Source of the DNA: Tubiluchus corallicola
Lineage: Eukaryota; Animalia; Priapulida
Reading direction: 5' to 3'
NCBI GenBank assembly: GCA_030141605.1
Contig: JAQGDQ010000054.1
Location: forward strand, 736,910-800,909
DNA: 64,000 nt
Shown here: piece after piece, positions 55,201 through 64,000 of the stretch
How positions within the stretch are numbered: the first letter of the stretch is position 1
Layout: each line of letters starts with the position of its first letter
Notes under the pieces: generated by a model
What the model was told of the DNA's origin: nothing
Database searches by the model: none
What the model saw: only the letters and a program-made list of their open reading frames with translations
Program-made: the position numbers and the translations under genes

Positions 55201-55497
55201 GTTATCTCCTGCGCAGGATGTCACTCGAGTTCTTACATCCAAATGTGTGAAAGGTTTATACCTAGGGGAAATCCGACTACTCTATGAGTAGCCGGTGGAT
55301 ACCGTACCTTTACGGTATCGAATAGGCGAGTTTTGTTGGGTCTGGAGAAATCCAGTTCCCACGGAATTGACGGATTCCGTATCTTTACGGAAGAATTTGG
55401 AATTTGGCAAGTTTGACTCGAGTCAAAAATCACACAGGTGAACAGATCCGACGCCTGTGAAATCTGACAAAATAAAATAAAATAAAATAAAATAAAA
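53617..55497 (+). mobile_element. 5'-truncated R2-like (RLE-type) non-LTR retrotransposon with 3' UTR and (AAAAT)n tail
   Basis: Much higher GC than the flanks. The ORF begins abruptly at RT domain 4, with an in-frame TAA at 53611 just upstream. 3' UTR 55201-55468, tail (AAAAT)n 55469-55497. I found no clear target-site duplication. Confidence 0.92.
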
Positions 55498-56091
55498 GAT
55501 ATCTTTCGTGTCTCGTCTCTAAAATTGAATTCCGTTCCTTTGTACATTTGTTTCTAATATTTGCAAATGGAAAAGTTGCAGCCTCTTCAAAGTTTAGCAA
55601 CATTGAACTGTGTTTAAATGTGATGTAGCTCTTGATTTTTCAGCATGACATTACAAAGTGTTTCAAAATGTTCTCACTATTATAAAAATATTAAAACAAC
55701 ACTTCCAAGACGAGCCAATGATAATTTGATTGTTACGTCAGCGATTTTAGAGTATTTTGGTGGCACAAACTTGGCTTCATAAGTCTATTGAAACGTTTAG
55801 CTTATGTACCACGCTGTTTTGTATAGCCATGAGAAAATGAAGTAAAACGTTCAAATGTATATTTCTGTTGTAACTTTATCTTTATATTTATATTGTATAT
55901 TTTTATCTCAGCAACTGTTAAGAGTTGAGTTTACCACAAGATGAATGTTGCTGGTCAGAACTGTTATTGTTGCAAAGGAAATTAAAAATCAAATCGGTGA
56001 TTGACTTCTGAAACATCCTGTGTAATATTTTTTGTTGTTCTAGACGCGCCCTATTTCATGTTGAATGAACAGGAGCTAGCAATCAGCAAAG

Positions 56092-57660
56092 ATGGCAGTG
56101 GAAAATCCTTTGACAATTAGACAAATGCTCGATATTGCTCTTGGTGACCCAGAGCCGGGAGCAGTAAACTTTAATTACCTGAAGAAAGTGATTCTTGTCA
56201 TTGTAAAAAGATTGGACATAGGTAATTATTCACCATCGCAGCTAGATACCGGCACCTCAGATCAGGTAAAAATCAAGACTGGTAAGGTGAGAATGGGAAG
56301 TTTGCCAGCTGAGCACGAAAAAGTACAAAAACCACAGTCCATCGACGCTGACGCTACTGCTGATTCCTCTGATCTTCCTAAAGCTAAAACAGATCAGCCA
56401 ACAGACAAGCTGTCCCAATCACAATTAGATACCAGCACGTCAAGCCAGGTTGTCCTAAAACGCAAGACTAGTAAGGCGAGAAAACGAAGTTTGCCTGAAT
56501 CGGAAAAAGTAGAAATACCACCATTAGCTCACATTAGCACTGACATCGAACCAGCAGATCAATCCATAAAAACTAAAGACAAGGTTTTCACTGAACAAGA
56601 TAGATCTGCAGTTCTTGAAACCACCTTAGTAACTGAATGCTCAGAAGGTTCGCTTGCAGCCACTCCATCAGATGAAAAGGAACATCTTATAGACATGACT
56701 GCACTGAAGCAAAGCTTTTTAGTACTTCGTGATAAATGTTCACAACTAGAAGACAGGCTTAATGAAATGACTAAAGGGGCTATAATTAATATTGATTTAT
56801 TTGAGAAGGCGAAAGCATTCCAGAGAAGTTTGTCATTTCCATCAGCTCTGCCGCCTGACGTGACTGGTCCAGTCACAGAAATGTGGACATTGATGCATCT
56901 TCGCAATCGTGTGATAGCAAACGAGGAATGCATAAATAAACTAACGCCTCTTGTAGATGACATCATGTGTAAAGTGCCAAAAGATGTTGACGACACGATC
57001 AACTCCTTATCGGCAAAACACTTGCAAAACTTTGATTCCATTACTAAAACGTTAGACTCGTTGCTCCAGACTGTCGCTATGCTAAAAGACTCTGTGACCA
57101 AAATTGAAAGTGAATACGCTTCAATACATCAAGCAAGAGAAATCGCTAGCAGTACTTGTGATCAGAAAATGGAAGGTCTTCCTGAAGCAAAAGTTAGTGA
57201 AATTATTACCAAGTTGGAAGAAAAAGTATCTGAAGATGTCTTAGCCAAAACAACTGAAGACTTGGCAAAAGCAGTCAAAAAATCCAAAGAACAAGTGAAG
57301 AAGTCCTCACTAACGGAAATTCCCGACGAATCACCTGAGCAGCCTTCGCCTGGTGAACCATCTAGAGAAAAAGAGGTATACTCTGTTATGCTTCGCAAAA
57401 CATCAGATGAAGCCATCCAGGAAATTTCTGAGGTTGCCTCTCTGACTATGCCACCCGATGAAACGCAAAAAGGGAAAGGATCGCGTGCTACCACACCAAG
57501 TGTTCCACAATCTGGTGAGTCATCTGTTCAAAGAAAGGGTTCATTCAACGTCAGCGTGCTGTCGTTACATATGGATGATATCGCAACTAAGCAAGATGAG
57601 CTAATAGAAAAAGTTGAAGGAATCGCAAGTGATGTAGAAGTGCTAGCCCAACAAACCGAG
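56092..57660 (+). CDS. QRICH2: QRICH2/DUF4795-family protein, coding exon 1 (523 aa)
   Basis: N-terminal LTIRQMLDIALGDPEPGAVNFNYL and MWTLMHLRNRVIANEECINKL resemble conserved QRICH2/C16orf96-family segments. Acceptor ttgttctAG at 56042-56043 precedes the ATG. Donor GAG|GTATAT at 57661, phase 0. Confidence 0.8.
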
Positions 57661-58359
57661 GTATATTATGTAATATTGCTGTTTTATAATTTTTTCTGTA
57701 GAATTTCGAAATCTGTAAGCTGGGATATTGTATTCAATGGCAGTTTCCTACTCAAATTAGATTATGAAAACTAGGTATCTAAGATAAGACACTGAATTTG
57801 CAGGGATATCTTAGCCACATTCCATGTGCGTATATTCACCCTTAATTTACCAGTCTAAGCATTACTCCTAATTTCTGCTGTCAATGACCCTACTGGCCAC
57901 TAGGCTACGCATCTCTTGTGTATCTGGAACTTCCACTTGCAGTACTACATGAGTAGACAGTATTTTTCTGTTGCAGGTTATATGCGGACTGGTACGATTG
58001 CTATTAGTTGTACTTTCCATATGTCTAATAAAGATGTTATCTATTCAGACTCGGTGAAACAAATTGGTCTTAAGGTGTTTTACTTCATTACACGTAAAAC
58101 AGATTTGCCTAGTCAAATCTCTTTAGTTAGCTAAAGTTAATGGTATGTCAGCCCAAAATAAAAAAAAGTAAAAAAATACTCCAACCACAAGCTTTATACC
58201 CAACTTAAGTTGAACATTAAAAATTCTTTGTAAAGAAAATGACACTTTTATAATTGGAATTAGAATAATTGTTCCTATTTGATGCGAATACAGCTTCACT
58301 GTTTTCTCTGCTTTAAGTATTCTTAGGACATTTTATAGTTATTCAGGCCCACGAATCCA

Positions 58360-58472
58360 TGGCATGGCATGACACCACAACCACATGACCTGACATGACA
58401 CAATATGTATGACATGACATTATGTAACGTGACTTAATCTGACATGACTTGGCGCAAATGATATAGCATGAC
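58360..58472. repeat. Degenerate pentameric (CATGA)n repeat in the QRICH2-like intron
   Basis: Repeated catgg/catga/gacat units. Confidence 0.6.
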
Positions 58473-58636
58473 ATTGTTTGGTTCAAGTGACTCAAAATTT
58501 TAAATAATTACTAAAAAATTGATTTACACTTGGTGATAAATGGCCTTTGCAAATACACTTATGTATTTCAAATCAGTTAGTTTTCGCAGGTTCGGTTGAA
58601 TATGTATGCGTTTAATTCATAACACATTTATTTCAG

Positions 58637-60238
58637 AGTTTGCAAGTCTTACCAGTTCAAGAGCCTCTTGTAGTTCCGTACGAAATAGTTGTAAAAAGAA
58701 TTGAGCAAATGAGGCAAGAATTGAATGAATTCTCTGGAATGAAAGAAAAATTTGCTGAGCTACAAACTACAATAGATGCATATCAAGAAGAAACATGCGC
58801 TGTACGTGATGAGCTTGGTGTAGCTTTGTCCTTTGCAAACAAGACAAAACAAATGGAGCAAGAATTTAAAGATACGTTGAGAACGAGTTTCGAATTGCAA
58901 ACCGAGACGGCAAAAGTTGGTGCAGAAGGTGAACGAATGAGCTTACAGTTGGAAGAGTTCAGAGTGCGGATGGATTTGATAGAAAGGCGGCTGCAGGGGT
59001 ACTTGGACCGTCTACGCTCTATACTTCCAGGTATTGAACCTGCCAGCGGTTTTCAAGATGCTAGAACGCTTATAGAAAAACTGCAAAACGATGTAAACCA
59101 GCTAAATGACAGAGCAAGCCAACTTATAGAAGAACACGAAATTAAACAACGTCTCGTTGAAGACATATATGAATACGTGCGCACGCTGGACAAAAGTAAA
59201 GCTGACAGGGAGATTCTGGGCTGCGCGATGAGAGGAAAAGCTGATAAGAAACACGTGTCTCTTAAAGTTAACAAAACCGCTTTCGAAAGGAAAACGAAAG
59301 AGCTGAGCAAGGGCTTGGGCGACATGTTGCACAAGCTGTCAGAGCAAGAGCACGAATGGCAGCAAGCCTTGACTGAACTAGCTGATCAAGTCAGCATCAA
59401 AGTCGGCCAAGCTGATCTTGAGCCGCTGAAAAAGTACGTTGAAGAAAAGTTAGAAAGTTTAAAGAAAGAAGTATCCAGTGCGACTTCTACGGCCGACAAT
59501 GTCATCTCAGATGCAGCAGGAATCAGAAAGCAGTTATTCAATTGTCTTTCTTGCGACAAAACCTTAAAGATGAAACTGAAGCCAGCCGTTCCTTCTATTC
59601 CTTTTGCAGATGCTCTTCCCGGAGCTAAGACGTCGCGCCCGTACAGTACTTATGAACTAGATCATCTACGTCATTTCATGAAAGGTGGTGCCATTTGCAA
59701 GAACGTGATTCGATACGAACAGACTTTGGAGTCAATCAGAAGAAGCGATGACGTGCAAGAATATGGTGAAGCCGTGGAAGCTGTTTGGAAAGTCGGCCAA
59801 GTACCTGGAAAGCCATGTATAGCCTCCATGCGCAAGTACTTACCTATCAGGAGATTCTGTGGAGGTCCTCACACCATATTCCGCAAGCCAACACAAGCTG
59901 GGCAGTTATTGTCAGCTTCACAGATTACAGAGGGCCATCTAGCTGTGGATGTAATGGGTGTTGATGGGCACGTCTACAAAGGACGTTTGAATACCGCACG
60001 TGAACAACAATTGTTGTTACCGCCATTAGACGACAACAACCCTATTATTCGCAGGATATATTTAGACCCAACGACCACTGCAAGGCACGAAAACGACATC
60101 TCGCCACTAGACCGACCAGACAGTGCACCGCCAATGGATTTGAACTCACCCTCTGTCCAGCCACAGACTTCGAGGTCTTTAACCGAAACAACTACTAACA
60201 ATATTGATAGAAACAATTTGGTTAGGCACAGACCTTAA
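58637..60238 (+). CDS. QRICH2: QRICH2/DUF4795-family protein, coding exon 2 (coiled coil plus DUF4795; total ~1056 aa)
   Basis: Acceptor ttatttcAG (58635-58636), phase 0. Motifs KAD, AAGIRKQLFNCLSCD, RFCGGPHT and GVDGHVYKGR are characteristic of the DUF4795 region. AATAAA at 60435-60440. Confidence 0.85.
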   Translation, partial: SLQVLPVQEPLVVPYEIVVKRIEQMRQELNEFSGMKEKFAELQTTIDAYQEETCAVRDELGVALSFANKTKQMEQEFKDTLRTSFELQTETAKVGAEGERMSLQLEEFRVRMDLIERRLQGYLDRLRSILPGIEPASGFQDARTLIEKLQNDVNQLNDRASQLIEEHEIKQRLVEDIYEYVRTLDKSKADREILGCAMRGKADKKHVSLKVNKTAFERKTKELSKGLGDMLHKLSEQEHEWQQALTELADQVSIKVGQADLEPLKKYVEEKLESLKKEVSSATSTADNVISDAAGIRKQLFNCLSCDKTLKMKLKPAVPSIPFADALPGAKTSRPYSTYELDHLRHFMKGGAICKNVIRYEQTLESIRRSDDVQEYGEAVEAVWKVGQVPGKPCIASMRKYLPIRRFCGGPHTIFRKPTQAGQLLSASQITEGHLAVDVMGVDGHVYKGRLNTAREQQLLLPPLDDNNPIIRRIYLDPTTTARHENDISPLDRPDSAPPMDLNSPSVQPQTSRSLTETTTNNIDRNNLVRHRP

Positions 60239-61969
60239 ACTAATTTAGTAAAAGAAATTAATTAGTTTTTGAAGTTTCTATGGTTTGTTTTTCGGTAACT
60301 CGAACATTTAATTGGGTCAATTTTTTCACCTGAGCACTTAGAAGCATGTGCCTAAAACTGCATCATGAACACTTTGCAACTGTAATAACACATTGTTTTT
60401 GGGCTTCTTCAAAACACGTGCAAAAACTGAGACGAATAAACCGAGATAGTAGACAAAATATTTATACCAGTTTTTTTCGAAACCCCCGTGCATTATTTAA
60501 ATGGCGGTCGTAAAAAATTACGTTTTGTTTATCAGTAAACATTTGTTTATCTTACTTATCAGATTAAGAAGATACACATAACCTACGTACATAAAATCAC
60601 CCAATTTCATGGATTTGTAATTTAAATTAAATTAAATTTATTTATTACGTATATGTGCAACCATTGCAACTTACAATCTCCGTAGAACATATACAAAACG
60701 ATTTACAGGTTTTAAATAAAGATGCATTTGCACAAACAAAATTACTTCACATTCAAACACTATAATAAAAGACAAGAAAACACTTTGCTTATATAAAGTT
60801 ACAAAATCGTCTTGAAATTCTGTATTGCATGCTGATTATTGCACAAAGTTTGTATTAGCAGCAATTTAAACTCACACAATAACCCCGTTAGGCGAGCCAA
60901 TTCTTTTGAAACAAGTTTAGATAACACAGTGTAGCGTTTGAAAAATAACCAGAGCTTCACTAACTAAACGAAAGTATGAGTATCTTTATCTTTAATAAGA
61001 ACTAGTATATGTTATTGTCAATAAGATTAAATATATGCTATATTTTGACAGCCAGTGACATATTTTGGTACACACTGCGATAGTGAAACACTGGCGTTTT
61101 ACTGGCTGGCGTGCGCATTTTAAATCATCAAGAATTTTCTTCTCCAAAGTTTTTTGAGGCATACTTTAAAATTTCCTTTTCTTCCTCTTTAATTAGCTTT
61201 ATTTTATTTACTTAATTTAAAATCAATACTTTTAGTATTATATAAAAACACAACATGAGACTATATACAAAAGACAAAACCGTACCTGAAAGAGCACCTG
61301 TTAGTTGAAATTGTAAAAGAAAATGTGCAAACGCTTAGAAAAAAGCACATGATAACAACATGCACAACTACAGCAGTCATAACAGCACAACGCTAAAAAT
61401 GTTATATCTTAAAATAAGCATTTCGTGGGTTACAGCAGACGCCTTTTTGTAATTTTATTTCGCTGAGAATTGAGATTTGTCAGACAGTTAAACAGACCCA
61501 TTAATTGAGTTTCAGAGTTATAGTCCTAACACTGTTGCTATTACAATAGCTTTCTTGCATCGACTATTCTATTTTTTATATCTGTGGGTGTTTATTACTC
61601 TGTGTACTCTACTACATATAGTTAAGAAGGGTTTATGAACAGCGTTCAGTCTACCATCTAGAAACAACAGTGTAAAACAATGGGCAACAGAACTGATACT
61701 TAGCTCGTTGAGTGTAGAAGCACAGCAAGGTCCATTCTGCTGCGCTAACTCATTAACAAAGATCCCACCTCTAATTAATTAGCGTATAGAAATAGCAGTT
61801 AATACAGCAACTCGCTCCACCTACGCTTCAACAAGTTATTTGTTTACACAACTATGAATAGGCTGAGAACTGATACCTATATAACCTGATGATGGGCACA
61901 TCAACATTTTGTTGCTGTGTTGTAAAAGAACGTGAACATACATTAGACAACTTAGGATTACAAGTTGCA

Positions 61970-62060
61970 ATGACTTCGGTTTTTGATAGTCGCAGCAAAA
62001 ATACATTTAAATATTTTGGTGGGCAATTAATGGCGCCACAAGTGGAATCGCTTTCTGCTG
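61970..62060 (+). CDS. TALE homeobox gene, putative first coding exon (MTSVFDSRSKNTFKYFGGQLMAPQVESLSA-G)
   Basis: Open frame ends at G|GTAAGT (62061), phase 1, matching the next exon. TATATAA at 61878-61884 upstream. The start could also be the in-frame ATG at 61889 or 62030. Confidence 0.5.
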
Positions 62061-62308
62061 GTAAGTAGTTCACTTATTTGTTTCCAATCAGCACTAAATT
62101 ATAGACGAAAACCTATTTTGCACTCTCCGTTTATGGCATAAGCTGTCTTTTTAAACTTCGATTTATTTCACGTTTCAACTTTCAAGCAAATGTATAAACT
62201 TATGGAATCAAGGTTAATTAGGACTCAAAATTTTTATATGATGTACAACTTTATCTATAAAACTTGTGAATTACAATTCAGATATAAGGATTATACAATC
62301 TAATTCTC

Positions 62309-62370
62309 ATTATATATATATATAAATATATATATATATAATATATATATAATATATAATATAATATATT

Positions 62371-62402
<32 letters not shown>
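62309..62402. repeat. (TA)n microsatellite in a TALE gene intron
   Basis: Directly visible. Confidence 0.95.
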
Positions 62403-62957
62403 TTAGCTATTTATTTAAATTAGGAACTATAAATTTTATGGATAAAAATTGTACGTCAATATTTTGTATATTTTAATGAATTTGTGTTATTGACACTGTT
62501 TGGCGTGAAATTTTGCATTTAGCTATGACAAAAAACGTGTAAAGGCACGTTACCAGGCAATCGCTCCGTTAAGAGGCTTATACTGAGTTATCAAGTAAAA
62601 ACTTAAATTTCGTGCCTATAAAGCGCCTGCTGTGCTGCAATATGTATCACTAACTCCCGCATATGGGAAGTTAAAATTTTTATCTCAAACTTCAATAAAA
62701 TTAAACACAAAGATAAATTTTACACATTTAATTTTCTTAATTTAGTGTATTATTACAGAGACTATTCCTGTTGATTTCTGCGTTTGTTTAAACTAGTTAA
62801 AAGCACCAGTTTTCTTTTCTGCTAATTTATTTGGGCCATAACGGAACTACTCAGTTTACGGTGTGTTTCTTATCAATCCAAGTAAGAAAAAATCCTATTG
62901 TATTCTGTTACATGTCGCCCATGTGTTTTTGTAATTTTGGCGTGTTTTTGTTGGCAG

Positions 62958-63153
62958 GATTTAATGAAAGGCTTATCCAGCGGGATATGGAAGTTGACAT
63001 GATGTTTAAAGCTCAGTCTGCTCATGGCAATCCTGTAGTTCACCACCTCCAAGAGTTTTACGCGAGTTCACTGTGGGACATAGAGAGAAGGCGATATCAA
63101 GATCTACTGGCTCAACCACAAAATGCGGTTAAAATTAATTTTCTGTACAACAG
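62958..63153 (+). CDS. TALE homeobox gene exon encoding a PADRE-like domain (…HHLQEFYASSLWDIERRRYQDLL…INFLYNR)
   Basis: Acceptor tttttgttggcAG (62956-62957), donor AG|GTAAAC (63154). The phase-2 end joins exon 63821 in frame (AG+A = Arg). Confidence 0.75.
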
Positions 63154-63820
63154 GTAAACTAGGTTTTATACATTTGTTGTTCATTTTTTTAGTACAAGTA
63201 TTGAAAATTTACGTAAACTACTATTTTTGCAACAGAGTTCTTAATACGAGCCGGAATCGAGCATTCAGCAAGGCTTATACAGCATTAAGTTTGAGGCAAG
63301 ACCGGAATCTGGCTTACTATAAATGGCAAGCTTCTGCTGGGTGAGCCACTAACTATACACTGACTGTTACAAAATATTAGTTTTAGGCCACCCGCTAGCT
63401 AGGCTTACCGCGCATGTGTGTGAATAACGAGGAAAGAGAAAGACGGGTTTTTATTTTTTTGTGACTGAGTGTAATTAAAATTTAAATTAATGAACCAACA
63501 ACCTTCTTGTGTTTGTGTTCTGTGTGATGGAACACTGACAGCCTCGACATTGTCTAACTTCTGCTGTCATACATACGATATGACTGTTCTGTTATTTGCG
63601 TCATTATCATTGTTAGCGAGCGACTAAATTTAATAGGATAAAATAATATTAATAAAAATGAGCTTATATCGTTTGTATCGCAAATGCATTTTTGTAACCA
63701 TCATTTTAATGATTTTGCACTGCGGATGTGCTATTGTATCGCGAACACTTGTAACGCTTTAGTCATTTTGTGAAAAATGAGTTTTACGTTTTTATTTACT
63801 CTGTTCTTTTTCTTTTTCAG

Positions 63821-64000
63821 AGAACGGCAAGATCTAGTTGACAAAGTTTTGCAGTTGCTGAAGAAACAGAACGGCCAGCCGGTGACAGATGAGACTAAGC
63901 AGAAGCGTACATTGTGTCCTCTAGCTACTAGAGTATTAAATAAATGGTTTGAGAAAAATCTAAGTCATCCGTATCCTACAAAGAAAGAAAGAGAACTGTT
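63821..64000 (+). CDS. TALE-class homeodomain exon, truncated by the window end (ERQDLVDKVLQLL…KQKRTLCPLATRVLNKWFEKNLSHPYPTKKEREL)
   Basis: Strong polypyrimidine acceptor ending at 63820. Helix 1 L..WF..N followed by the TALE-diagnostic HPYP (PYP at 63969-63977). Missing from the ORF track. Confidence 0.9.

Noticed and set aside
53600-55510. Target-site duplication or 28S rDNA target around the R2-like element
   Set aside because: I found no matching direct repeat at the two junctions and no rDNA sequence in either flank.
56559-60216. Several minus-strand ORFs up to 180 aa
   Set aside because: They are antisense shadows of the QRICH2-like coding exons.

Overview
AT-rich, intron-containing animal genomic DNA, probably from a spiralian/lophotrochozoan because the last gene looks like a PADRE-type TALE homeobox gene. 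There are no prokaryotic features. I reconstructed four spliced genes by hand from GT-AG sites and reading-frame phase. (1) On the + strand, a TATA-driven 8-exon gene (about 5650-27514, CDS 8126-26968) encodes a ~1485-aa secreted, low-complexity 'block copolymer' protein: signal peptide, Arg/Gly-rich block, acidic Phe/Gly block, then Gln/Pro blocks. All its coding introns are phase 0. (2) On the - strand, a 3-exon orphan gene (47137-43947) encodes a ~372-aa Lys/Ser-rich protein. (3) On the + strand, a QRICH2/DUF4795-family gene (56092-60238, ~1056 aa) has only one coding intron. (4) On the + strand, a TALE-class homeobox gene with a PADRE-like upstream domain runs off the right edge. A young, 5'-truncated R2-like (RT plus restriction-like endonuclease) non-LTR retrotransposon with a highly structured 3' UTR lies outside rDNA, just upstream of gene 3. 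The window also holds two decayed CR1/L2-type LINE remnants and several microsatellites. All gene models are manual and need RNA-seq confirmation.
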